DNA from: a virus
Taxonomy: Duplodnaviria > Caudoviricetes
DNA length: 52,985 bases
Direction: 5' to 3' (one strand)
IMG/VR virus record: IMGVR_UViG_3300036790_000826
Location: 1 to 52,985 of that record
Under the pieces are notes generated by a model, which worked only from the letters and a program-made list of their open reading frames with translations, ran no database searches and was not told where the DNA came from. Shown here piece after piece: positions 7,404 through 16,593 of this stretch (position 1 is its first letter; every line of letters begins with the position of its first letter). The translations under genes and the position numbers were made by a program.

Positions 7404-9751
7404 GTCTGGTTCTGTTTCGCGGCTTTGGGAACCTTGATTTCGAATCCTGCTCCGCCCAAGTCCCCGCGATCTTTTGCGAAGATACTACCTCGCGCATGAT
7501 CCTCAACGAATGATTTCACAATGAAGAGACCCATTCCGGTACCGAATAGCTCACCACGTCTATTGCGCTTTGTACTAAAAGCGGGTAGAAAGATCATATC
7601 TTCGGTCCCTGCCTCTAGACCGATTCCACTGTCGTCAAAATTGAGACGCCACTCGTTACCCTCATCGACAATTCCCGCACGTATGCGGCGCTTTTCGGGA
7701 ACAATATCCTCCAATGCCCATGCGGCATTTGTAATCAGATTCACCACGATGCTTTCCCAATCCATTTCGTATCCAAAGATTTCGCATGCATTCTGCGGCA
7801 TCCCTGTCAGATCAACCTTTGTGTGACGCTGAATTCGCAACACCTCGTCAAATGCTTCGAATACGTCGCTGACCGTTTTCTTAAGGTCGAACTCCCGTTG
7901 CTGTCTCTTGGTTCTATTCAGATTTCCCAGTGTGAAGCTCGCGAATTTACGAACCTTCTGAGCCTCATCTGACGTATCCTGCAGCGTCTGGGTGATTTCG
8001 GCTTCAACCTGAGGGAGAACCATGAAAGATCCCTTCTTAAAGCTCTCCAAGAGCCATTTAGCATTCTTAACAACCGTTCCCGTCCAGTCCAAAGTCTCGT
8101 GTCCGAACGATGCTGCTAATATTCCTAATGACGCGAGATTCGCCATTGTGTTCTTCTGGTCTTCCGCGTCGCGATATAGCTTGGTCGATTCGGCTAAATC
8201 TAGGCGGGCCGTCTCCAACTGCTTTTGAATGTCCTCAATGACCTCCTTAAATTGCCAGTAGGACTCAGGCAGAATTGTCTCGATGGGCGGCGGCTCAGTG
8301 AATTTGGGCAGTTGGTTGGCAATGTCGCTTAGCTTCTTAAGCGCTGAATCAGCACCATCTAAGGTACTGCGAACCTTATCTTCAGCGTTTTCGAGAGGGG
8401 CCTGTTGCTGCTTAAGCGATATCTCGTAAGTCTGATGATGAACTTCGAAAAATTGAATAACTCGCCGCGCAAAGACGGCCAGGTGATCGAACGCTTTGCC
8501 CTGGAGTAGCCCTTCGCGGTTCGTTTGATCGTTCAACCCTGAATTCCGCGCATGGGTGATGAAGACGGCGCCCGCTACCTGATTGTATCCGACCCTCCAG
8601 TTGCCGGGCTTTGCGTCTTGAGCGACACCTTCCGGATTGACCATTCGCCGATAAGCTAACTTCAGCCAATCGCCACTTCCGTCCGGCTCACCGTAAGGCT
8701 TTACCCTAAAGCCATCGCGATAAATTCGGACACCTTGATTGTACTTCAGGAAATTCGCGATTTCCGCAGCCCGAAGCGTCTTCGACGCCAGCTCCACATC
8801 GCGTCGAACAAAGAAATAGAATTCCATTTTCAGCGGGCCACAATGGGGCCTGACGCCCTGTTTCTTAACGAAATCACTCCACTGAGTAGGCTTGAGTGAG
8901 TACCCGGTGCCATGTCGTGGGGACGTCATACTGATTTCCACCTGATCCAAATCGTCCAACGTCGCTACCACATTCCACGTAGCCCCCTCCAAGAGGGGCT
9001 CCGGAATCGGTACTGGTCCGTCCAAGCGCACGAAAGCGCCCCCGGTTTCCATTCGTATCGAGAAATCATTTGGTGCTTGGAATGGCGAAATAAGCAAAGC
9101 CAGCTCATTTCGTAATGCACCAATCGATTCCTCGTCCCATAGATCTTTGAGGCCACGCAAGACAAGGCGTGTGCCCTTCGGATAGTCGATCCAATCTCCA
9201 GAAATCGGATCAAGCTTTAGATTTGGTATGCTAAATAAGTCGTGCTCGACCTTTTCCAGACGGGCATCGCCCGCAACGTAGCGTCCCCAGTCTATAACTA
9301 GACGAACCCCTTCCCTGGCGTTCTCCTGAATTGAATCAATCTCAGAGACCGAACAGAGCCGGTCCAATCCTAAGCGGCCTAGTCCCTTTTCTCCGGTAAC
9401 AACCCGTTCCTTCCTAGTCTTTCTGCGTTCGGCTTTGTTAGCGGTACCGATGACCATCCAGAATTCCTTTAAGCTCTCGATTGTCATACCGTCGCCAGTG
9501 TCCTCGATGACAATTATAGCTTCTGGCTTCCCTAGATTTGCGAAACGTATGCGGACCTCGGTTGCATCGGCGTCGTAGGCATTTTTCACCAATTCCACGA
9601 TTGCAGTAATTGAACTTGAAATGCTCTCACGTCCCAACTGAAGGGCAACGCGAGCACTAACTGAAAACGAAGCCGTACCTAGTTTTGTCGGACTCTGCCG
9701 CACCAATTCCGACGCTGGATCACTCGTTCCCGGATCATTCATTTCTGCCAA
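7400..9751 (-). CDS. N-terminal GHKL (HSP90/MORC-like) ATPase fused to a C-terminal histidine kinase
   Basis: ELVKNAYDA, DTGDGM and GEKGLGR (GHKL), then H-box FGHET, N-box NLITNA, DDSGIG, FLPAFSTK and GTGMGL. No TM segment. Start may be ATG 9742 (ATGA with the MTase stop). Confidence 0.88.
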   Translation of the reverse strand: MAEMNDPGTSDPASELVRQSPTKLGTASFSVSARVALQLGRESISSSITAIVELVKNAYDADATEVRIRFANLGKPEAIIVIEDTGDGMTIESLKEFWMVIGTANKAERRKTRKERVVTGEKGLGRLGLDRLCSVSEIDSIQENAREGVRLVIDWGRYVAGDARLEKVEHDLFSIPNLKLDPISGDWIDYPKGTRLVLRGLKDLWDEESIGALRNELALLISPFQAPNDFSIRMETGGAFVRLDGPVPIPEPLLEGATWNVVATLDDLDQVEISMTSPRHGTGYSLKPTQWSDFVKKQGVRPHCGPLKMEFYFFVRRDVELASKTLRAAEIANFLKYNQGVRIYRDGFRVKPYGEPDGSGDWLKLAYRRMVNPEGVAQDAKPGNWRVGYNQVAGAVFITHARNSGLNDQTNREGLLQGKAFDHLAVFARRVIQFFEVHHQTYEISLKQQQAPLENAEDKVRSTLDGADSALKKLSDIANQLPKFTEPPPIETILPESYWQFKEVIEDIQKQLETARLDLAESTKLYRDAEDQKNTMANLASLGILAASFGHETLDWTGTVVKNAKWLLESFKKGSFMVLPQVEAEITQTLQDTSDEAQKVRKFASFTLGNLNRTKRQQREFDLKKTVSDVFEAFDEVLRIQRHTKVDLTGMPQNACEIFGYEMDWESIVVNLITNAAWALEDIVPEKRRIRAGIVDEGNEWRLNFDDSGIGLEAGTEDMIFLPAFSTKRNRRGELFGTGMGLFIVKSFVEDHARGSIFAKDRGDLGGAGFEIKVPKAAKQNQT

Positions 9752-11115
9752 ATTCGAATCGAGGCAATCGACTCAATGGTCAAATGGCGGCAACGAATGC
9801 GCCTGTTTAGGTGTCGATTGGTCTCTCTAGTCTTGAGAACGCGAAGCAGTTTTCTGCACGTCGCCAGTTTTCGATCTTTTGGCTGACAGACTATCAAGTG
9901 ATTCTCAACTGCGACTTCATCTGCACCCGTAATGATCGTAGCGGCAGCGCGGTAGGCGTGTTCGGGACGCGAAGTGCGACGGATGGCGACAAATGGAGTT
10001 TGGTGGATGCCGCCTGAAAATCTGACGCTTTCTGGAAACGACTTCATTTCCTTCCACGGCGGAACGCATCGCGGGTGAATGTAAGGATAGCGCGGGCCGT
10101 TTTCCTCATTTCTGAAAGGCACGACTCGGCCAACATTGACGGCAAACAAGCTGCCAACTGTGGCTTTTGAATTTCGATACTCCGGCCACCTCTTTAAGTT
10201 GGGTTCCGATCTTTCCCTCTTACGGAGATGCACAAGGAATACGTCTATGTCCGCGCTTTCGTCGAAAATGCCGAAGGGCTTTACCAACATTATTTGAGCT
10301 CTCTCGCCCACATGTTTTCTCCACTTTCTGTAATTGGAGCCCGAACGTAAAACCTCCGGAAGAATTGCTAGAATTTCTCCACCAGGGGTCATTCGGTCCA
10401 ATGAGTTGTCGAGGAATATTGCAGCCATTGAGACTTTGCCACGGCCCCACGGACATTTCTTCGGCGCCCTCCCCAATCCGAACGGTGGATTAAGCAAAAT
10501 GTGTGTTGGGTCCGTTGCACCGACTTTGGGTGCGAGGCCGTCCGCCTTAAGAATGTTCGGAAAGTAATCCCGCCAATTTTTGGGAATAGGACCAAAATCC
10601 CGTTTCCTTTGTCGTGCCAACAAGACGAGACGGTTCTTCACCGCATCAATAAATTCAGAGTAAACATCGCAGCCGCTGAGCAGCCCGCCCCACAGCTTCA
10701 GGGTTCCTTCGACGGTGCCGCCAAGTGGGAGCTTTTGCGCTGCCGCTAACAAAAGGTCCCCAGCCCCACATGCCGGGTCGTGGATCATTAACCCCTTACC
10801 ACGAGGTCGACTCAGGTGTCCCAAGAGTTCTGCGGCCAAATGAGAGCCAGTAAAAAAAGTCCCCATTTTTCGCCGCTTAGAAAGCCCGACAACTTTGCGG
10901 AGCTCTTCCGCCGCCTGACCATTTAACGAAGCATCCACTGCTGTATGCCAGGCTCGGTCGTTTCGTGGCTCAATCGCTAGCTTTTCAAGCGTGTCGACGT
11001 ACCGGCGGTAGCAAGCTACCGGAGAATTACCTTGGCGCGTCTTGGGTAGCATGGGCTTCTGAAAGCTAACACTAACTTCCGATGCAGGAAGGCGAAATTT
11101 TCGCCACAGGGTCAC
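9739..11115 (-). CDS. N6-adenine DNA methyltransferase (gamma-type motif order) with C-terminal target-recognition-like region
   Basis: GTFFT, DPACGAG (motif I), NPPF (motif IV) and AILP. Confidence 0.88.
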   Translation of the reverse strand: MTLWRKFRLPASEVSVSFQKPMLPKTRQGNSPVACYRRYVDTLEKLAIEPRNDRAWHTAVDASLNGQAAEELRKVVGLSKRRKMGTFFTGSHLAAELLGHLSRPRGKGLMIHDPACGAGDLLLAAAQKLPLGGTVEGTLKLWGGLLSGCDVYSEFIDAVKNRLVLLARQRKRDFGPIPKNWRDYFPNILKADGLAPKVGATDPTHILLNPPFGLGRAPKKCPWGRGKVSMAAIFLDNSLDRMTPGGEILAILPEVLRSGSNYRKWRKHVGERAQIMLVKPFGIFDESADIDVFLVHLRKRERSEPNLKRWPEYRNSKATVGSLFAVNVGRVVPFRNEENGPRYPYIHPRCVPPWKEMKSFPESVRFSGGIHQTPFVAIRRTSRPEHAYRAAATIITGADEVAVENHLIVCQPKDRKLATCRKLLRVLKTRETNRHLNRRIRCRHLTIESIASIRIWQK

Positions 11116-11372
11116 ATCCGTGATTCATCAATTTGCCTGCGGATTAGCTGAACAAAGTAAAGTGTTTCATCTTCCGTTAGGGTGCCTGCCCCTTTCTCAA
11201 GATCTTCAATGAAGATGCCAATTCCAACCGATGACCGCAGTCCCTTCTCGGTCCAACCGATTTCTGAAACAGGTGCCTTGCGTTGCCGGGTGATCGTGGA
11301 CGCTCGGTCAACCCAGCCTGCGGCCATCAGCTTTCGGACCAGGCTATAACGGGCAGATGGATTTGTCGGCAT
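11112..11372 (-). CDS. Small hypothetical, possibly winged-helix protein
   Basis: KLMAAGWV...WTEKG resembles a wHTH wing; stop overlaps the MTase GTG start. Confidence 0.45.
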   Translation of the reverse strand: MPTNPSARYSLVRKLMAAGWVDRASTITRQRKAPVSEIGWTEKGLRSSVGIGIFIEDLEKGAGTLTEDETLYFVQLIRRQIDESRM

Positions 11373-11376
11373 CCGT

Positions 11377-12183
11377 CTAAAAAAGACTCTTACTCGGGCG
11401 ACTGCTGGACGGTCCTCGCTTGCGGGCAAATTTTTTGGCCAGCCCTTTGGCCAGTCCTGCCACTCTATCTCCGCGCTCCTCGATTATTTCGACAAGGGCG
11501 TGTTCGAAAACTTCGAATGCATCGAGCAGGTCATCCCGAGAAAGCTTCGAATTATGGCTTCCTGCATTCCCAAGCCATTTCAAAGCCATTAAATGGTCTC
11601 CAACGAGCGGAGAATTAAGTTTGAATTTGGCCAACCGGGCGTGGAGCGACAGTTCTACGAGCCTATTGTGTTGATTCCTTCCCCATCGCTTTACCTTTGA
11701 ATGATCCATTAGCGCTTCGAGGGCCATTCGAAGGCGTCCGGCAGATGCCGGACGATCTGATGCGTAGAGAGCAAATGCAGCTGCTAGGCTCTCCTTTACG
11801 CTTTCAGGGCAAGATTCAGGCACTTTGAAGAGGGGCGGCATTGGATGCCAAAAGAGCGGTTCGAAATAGTCGTCCCAATCCCAACCCTCCGGACTATTCA
11901 CCTGCTGGACGCCGCCCTTTCCTGCAATTGCGACTTTCTGCTTACACTTTTGGTTTACGCAGGTCGCCCAGGCGGTGAATCGGTAATCAGTCCATTCAGG
12001 ATCGAATTCATCATCTGCATGGCCTATTTTCGACTGAGCCGTTTCGTAGATGATTAGCGAATTCGGAACCAGTTTTAGCGTTCCCGTCGCGCAAATGGGA
12101 CATGGCCACGCAGCACACCCGTACTTGTAAAGATTCGTCGTCCAAAGCTCGCGCTTCATTTTGCCGTACTCGACGTCATCCAC
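11377..12183 (-). CDS. DUF4145/HEPN-like protein with N-terminal zinc-ribbon motifs
   Basis: CPIC and CVNQKC, then ASAGRLRMALEAL...LHARL...LGNAGSH pattern of DUF4145. Confidence 0.7.
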   Translation of the reverse strand: MDDVEYGKMKRELWTTNLYKYGCAAWPCPICATGTLKLVPNSLIIYETAQSKIGHADDEFDPEWTDYRFTAWATCVNQKCKQKVAIAGKGGVQQVNSPEGWDWDDYFEPLFWHPMPPLFKVPESCPESVKESLAAAFALYASDRPASAGRLRMALEALMDHSKVKRWGRNQHNRLVELSLHARLAKFKLNSPLVGDHLMALKWLGNAGSHNSKLSRDDLLDAFEVFEHALVEIIEERGDRVAGLAKGLAKKFARKRGPSSSRPSKSLF

Positions 12184-12321
12184 AAATGGCCGCAGAATCT
12201 AGCGTTTAAACGCTATGCTTAGCGCTTCGTGGGGATGGATGAAGGACCGGAAGCGACCCAATGGAGGTGAGGAAATGCCTCTGATCTTCGATTGTGAGCC
12301 TCCTTTTGCGCTTCTTTGCTG

Positions 12322-12360
12322 CTTGTTGAGACTGTTGACAGTCTTGTTGCCACTATTGAC
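12322..12360. repeat. Tandem imperfect 18-bp direct repeat; candidate integrase arm-type sites
   Basis: CTTGTTGAGACTGTTGAC (12322-12339) vs CTTGTTGCCACTATTGAC (12343-12360): 15/18 identical, 21-bp period. Confidence 0.5.
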
Positions 12361-12388
12361 CTCGTAGTCTCCATCAAATCTATAAACT

Positions 12389-12394
12389 ATTGAT
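12389..12394. repeat. Left copy of the junction duplication (ATTGAT; TTGA if the ends are TG...CA)
   Basis: Identical ATTGAT at 51825-51830. Confidence 0.75.
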
Positions 12395-12419
12395 GAGGTT
12401 TCCCATGGGGTTTAAGAAT
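12394..12419 (+). repeat. Left-end transposase-binding site L1
   Basis: TGAGGTTTCCCATGGGGTTTAAGAAT aligns without gaps to the reverse complement of 51800-51825 (TGTAAATTCCCGTTCGCTTTAGGAAT). Confidence 0.8.
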
Positions 12420-12526
12420 CAGTGGAAATAGGGCTCATCAGCTCGAATGAGCACGAAGCCCAACGACTTATAAAATCACCGCCGCGCAGGACGTCCGATG
12501 AGAATGAATCGTCCAAAATCGGCCAG

Positions 12527-12546
12527 ATTCCCAAACGTTTAGGAAT
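12527..12546 (+). repeat. Left-end transposase-binding site L2
   Basis: ATTCCCAAACGTTTAGGAAT, same consensus, about 107 bp inside L1 (spaced left sites as in Mu). Confidence 0.7.
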
Positions 12547-12585
12547 GGCACTGACCTACGAGTGGATTGGAAAACAGGTGTCATT

Positions 12586-13164
12586 TTAGAAGAGCTGCGG
12601 CTGGTCTGCAGAACCCTTTTTCTCCGCCTGCAGGCGCTTTAAACGGGCCTGTTTCTCTCGAAGGGTCTCAGCCTTCGCCTGGGCCACTTCCCCCGTCCTC
12701 TGGGCCATCAGCTCGGGCAGCGTCGGTCCCAGGGCTTTGCCGATCAGGGCCATGGCCTGGCTAACATGGGATCCGGCCCTGAGCGCCTGGTCCCGGATCT
12801 CCTCGGAATTGACCCCCACGTAGCGGTCGACGACGGCCTGGAAATACGGCCAGAAGTCGCGGACCTTATCGGCGCGTTGCTGGGCGCCGAGCGTCGAGAT
12901 GGCCATAATGATATGCGTGGCCAGGGCCTCCCCGTCCAGAAACCAGCCGCGGCGCCAAAGCGCCAGGACCATGCGCTCAAGATAGATCCGGCATTGCTCT
13001 ACGCGGCGGTCCTTCGTGTCGCCTGCCCAGGCCCAATCGAGGCGCTCCGACAGCTGCTTCCGGACCCAGCGGTCGAACCTGATCAGCCGCTCCTCCGGCC
13101 TCTGGCTGCGATCCAGCCAGCTCTCTCGCTTCCAATCGTCCAGACGCCTGCCGAGGAGGTTCAT
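12586..13164 (-). CDS. Hypothetical phage protein (start MNLLGR)
   Basis: ATGA-coupled to the upstream gene; last gene of the early operon; ends in a QPQLF clamp-binding-like motif. Confidence 0.7.
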   Translation of the reverse strand: MNLLGRRLDDWKRESWLDRSQRPEERLIRFDRWVRKQLSERLDWAWAGDTKDRRVEQCRIYLERMVLALWRRGWFLDGEALATHIIMAISTLGAQQRADKVRDFWPYFQAVVDRYVGVNSEEIRDQALRAGSHVSQAMALIGKALGPTLPELMAQRTGEVAQAKAETLREKQARLKRLQAEKKGSADQPQLF

Positions 13165-13535
13165 AGCGAAAGGGTCGGCTGGTCGGTCGGCTGGGGTGCC
13201 AGCCGGGTGTAACGGTGATACCGACGGCGGAGGGCCAGGCCCTGCTGCAGATACTTCTTTCCGGCGCTTTCCCACCGGCTGGCGCAGGCGTCGACCTCGG
13301 CAATCTCGCACGAACTGCTGAGTAGCTTGTAGCCTGGGGATCCGGGCGACCGCATGATGCGCCCGTCGCTGGCCTCGGCGATCGCAGCCAGGCGCCGAAT
13401 ATGGAGGCGGTTCTCCTGGGCGATGAACTCCCGCTTCACCCAGCCGCGGCCGACAAGGAAACGGCAAATCTTGTCGATCTCCTCTTCAGTGACCGGGGCC
13501 CCAGCCATTTCGAGAAACTCGACTTGCTCGTTCAT
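13161..13535 (-). CDS. Hypothetical winged-helix-like protein
   Basis: WVKREFIA...IRRLAAIAE...I..SPGSPGYKL pattern; operon spacing. Confidence 0.6.
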   Translation of the reverse strand: MNEQVEFLEMAGAPVTEEEIDKICRFLVGRGWVKREFIAQENRLHIRRLAAIAEASDGRIMRSPGSPGYKLLSSSCEIAEVDACASRWESAGKKYLQQGLALRRRYHRYTRLAPQPTDQPTLSL

Positions 13536-13537
13536 GG

Positions 13538-13765
13538 TCAGATCGGCTCGGTGATGTAGACCCGGCGGTCGGAGCGAGTCGGGCGCGCCTGCGTTGTGGC
13601 CGTAAATAAGACAAACTCACCTTCCGGGTGGAGACGCTGCAGCCTGAGCAGCTCCGTCTCGGCTTCATCCTGGTAGCAATGGACGAACGACGGCCTCCGG
13701 AGCGCAGGGACCTTCTGACCGTTGAAGTGGTAGACGTTCTGGGAAATATCGACGATCAGGAACAT
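13538..13765 (-). CDS. Hypothetical phage protein
   Basis: TGATG coupling with the upstream gene; AETELLRLQRLHPEGEFVLF motif. Confidence 0.65.
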   Translation of the reverse strand: MFLIVDISQNVYHFNGQKVPALRRPSFVHCYQDEAETELLRLQRLHPEGEFVLFTATTQARPTRSDRRVYITEPI

Positions 13766-14262
13766 CAGAACGGATTCGGGCTCGCCGCCCGGTCTTTGAA
13801 TTTGCCGAGCATCGTGGCGCGGCGGATTTGAGCCAGCCTGGCAAACAAGATCCCCCGGAGCTGGGTAAGCTGCGCCTCGTCGAGCTCCTGGTAGGTCATC
13901 ACCCGGAACACCCGCTTTGCGAGGCCGTTCAGGTAGGCATTCTCGTTGCCCGGCCGGTCGACGATTCCAGTGACGACCTCTCGGACGTTCGCGATCAGGG
14001 CTTGCTTGCGCATAGCCGGCTGCTCCTCGGCCCGGAGCTGGGCCTCCAGGTTGCCTCCATCGTGGACCGCCCGGAAGGTTGCGAGGATCTTGTCCAGGTC
14101 AGGGTTTGTGAAGTCCTTGCTCGACTTCGAATGTCCCAGGGCGCGCTCGTGCAGAGCGTGGCGCATGTCGTCGGTCTGGGACGCGCTCTTACCATGGGCG
14201 CGATACCAGTCGCGGGTCAGAGCCCACTCACGCCAGTAAAGGCCGGTCTGGGCGGCATTCAT
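13765..14262 (-). CDS. Hypothetical protein, possibly GemA/gp16-like
   Basis: HSKSSKDFTNPDLDKIL and LDEAQLTQL patterns and position in a Mu-like early region. Confidence 0.5.
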   Translation of the reverse strand: MNAAQTGLYWREWALTRDWYRAHGKSASQTDDMRHALHERALGHSKSSKDFTNPDLDKILATFRAVHDGGNLEAQLRAEEQPAMRKQALIANVREVVTGIVDRPGNENAYLNGLAKRVFRVMTYQELDEAQLTQLRGILFARLAQIRRATMLGKFKDRAASPNPF

Positions 14263-14534
14263 GCAGCAGCCTTTTTCGCAAAGGGCCGGCGGGAGAAGTG
14301 CAGGCAGGCCGGGGCGTTGGGTTTGATATAGCTGCCCGGCCTATCCCAAACACGGGCCGCACGCTCGCACTTGTAGCCCTCCTCGCCGGGGTTGGTGATC
14401 TTGATGCAGCTCAGGCACTGGACGCAGCGCGACTTCTTCGGGCCTGTGCCGGGCCTAGCTGCGTAGCCGATCTTCCGGAGGCGAGGCTGCTGCGCCTCCG
14501 GAAGTGGCGAACCGAATAGATCCCTCGCAACCAT
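14259..14534 (-). CDS. Small Cys-rich hypothetical protein
   Basis: GYAARPGTGP..CxxC..C...C pattern; coupled to the next gene. Confidence 0.65.
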   Translation of the reverse strand: MVARDLFGSPLPEAQQPRLRKIGYAARPGTGPKKSRCVQCLSCIKITNPGEEGYKCERAARVWDRPGSYIKPNAPACLHFSRRPFAKKAAA

Positions 14535-14540
14535 GGAGGG

Positions 14541-15338
<798 letters not shown>

Positions 15339-15347
15339 TGGTCGATT

Positions 15348-15773
15348 TCAGCTCTGTTTCAGGACTTTAACGGTGACCTCGATCACGCCGGTCCTGGGGT
15401 CGGCGAGGATCAAGAAAGCATGCGCGGACAGGTCGAGTAGGCGTCCCCGGCTGACGAGGTCGAAGCGGGGGCCCCTGTCGGTGACGGTCACGACGACCTT
15501 GCGGTCGCCGCGTGTGACCAGGAGGCGGGTGCCAAGCGCGTATTCCCAGCTGGCGCAGGTGAGCGCATCCGGGTTGAAGGGGCGCCCGTTCGCCATCAGG
15601 CGGCCGCGGCATTCGTTGCCGTACCAGCTCGCCAGGCACCAGCGGCCGACGCGGTCGGCGATGGCGTCAGTGACCATGCAGACGGCCGTGACGGGCACGA
15701 GGAGGGCCGCCGCGGCCGCCACGGTGGCAATAAGGAAAAGAGCTAAGAGACCAGTCTGGAGCCAGGTCTTCAC
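15348..15773 (-). CDS. RlpA-like (DPBB) lytic transglycosylase with N-terminal hydrophobic segment
   Basis: ASWYG...MANG..F.P.ALTCA...LGT...VVVTVTDRGP...R.LDLS..AF signature; GTG start at 15773 overlaps the upstream stop. Confidence 0.85.
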   Translation of the reverse strand: MKTWLQTGLLALFLIATVAAAAALLVPVTAVCMVTDAIADRVGRWCLASWYGNECRGRLMANGRPFNPDALTCASWEYALGTRLLVTRGDRKVVVTVTDRGPRFDLVSRGRLLDLSAHAFLILADPRTGVIEVTVKVLKQS

Positions 15774-16048
15774 TGATCGAGGACGGGCTGAATCTTCCGT
15801 TCGTGGCGGATGATCATGGCGTGGACCAGGGCCGCAGTGCCCCGGAAGAGCGCCTGGTATTGATAGGGCACCGGGATCCCGAGCCAGCAGCGGCCGGCGG
15901 GACGGTATTCGCCTCTGATGGTCTTCCTGGCCGTTACCTGGGCCGTCCGCGGGCAGATCTCGACCTCCCAGTCCGGATGGGCGTGGCGCAGCCGCTTGAC
16001 GGCTGCGCCGACGTCCAGGGCCGGGAGTTCTAGCGCGGCGGTCGTCAT
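15770..16048 (-). CDS. Hypothetical phage protein
   Basis: ATGA/GTGA coupling on both sides. Confidence 0.65.
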   Translation of the reverse strand: MTTAALELPALDVGAAVKRLRHAHPDWEVEICPRTAQVTARKTIRGEYRPAGRCWLGIPVPYQYQALFRGTAALVHAMIIRHERKIQPVLDQ

Positions 16049-16590
16049 TTATGGGCCGTGGCTGTGTCCTTCGGCTCGATGAAGAAGCTCTCCTCCTGGG
16101 CAACCCTGCAGCCGAGTTCCGACAGCGCGGCACTGCTGAGGCTGCCGGGCTTGGCGGCTGGCATGGTGGCGGCCGCGATCAGCTTCGCCTTGTCGACCTC
16201 CTCCTTCGTGCGGATGAACCTCGTCATGGCCCTGTCGGCCTTCAGGGCGACGAGCACCTTCGCCCAGGTCTTCTTCGACAGCGTCTTCAGCGCGGGCATT
16301 CCCAGGCGGAAGCCGTAGGTCGCCAGCGCCGTGGTCGCCGACTTGGCCTTGTCGGGGAGTAGCTCCTCCCGGTGCTCGGTAGCGTACTGCTCAGCGAGGA
16401 TCCTCAGGGCCTTTATCGACGCCACGATCGCGCGGGCCCCTTCGTCGTGGTTTTCGCGGACCCGCTGGAGCTCGGCGTCGCGCAGCGCCTCCCAGCTCTG
16501 AAGGTCGTTCGATTGGACGCAAATCTGATCGATGACACGCTCGAAGTCCGTCCGCGTTGTGAGGCACCCGTCTTTGATTCGTTTGCTCAT
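16045..16590 (-). CDS. gam: Mu Gam-like host-nuclease inhibitor
   Basis: YATEHREEL...KS...YGFRLG.P...FIRTKEEVDK..L...G.RVAQEESFFIEP Gam signature; downstream of the MuB-like gene. Confidence 0.85.
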   Translation of the reverse strand: MSKRIKDGCLTTRTDFERVIDQICVQSNDLQSWEALRDAELQRVRENHDEGARAIVASIKALRILAEQYATEHREELLPDKAKSATTALATYGFRLGMPALKTLSKKTWAKVLVALKADRAMTRFIRTKEEVDKAKLIAAATMPAAKPGSLSSAALSELGCRVAQEESFFIEPKDTATAHK

Positions 16591-16593
16591 GGC

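Larger units (their letters stand above)
1..12393. mobile_element. Right portion of an integrative phage-satellite-like island with defence cargo; left end and integrase lie outside the window
   Basis: Excisionase-like, replication initiator, terS-like and tape-measure-like genes plus a lower-GC defence cluster. After removing the Mu-like prophage this block abuts the 3' end of tRNA-Val through an IHF consensus and tandem arm-like repeats. Confidence 0.65.

Noticed and set aside
12527-12546. This repeat as the prophage left terminus
   Set aside because: No terminal TG and no flanking duplication; 12394 has both and aligns with R1.
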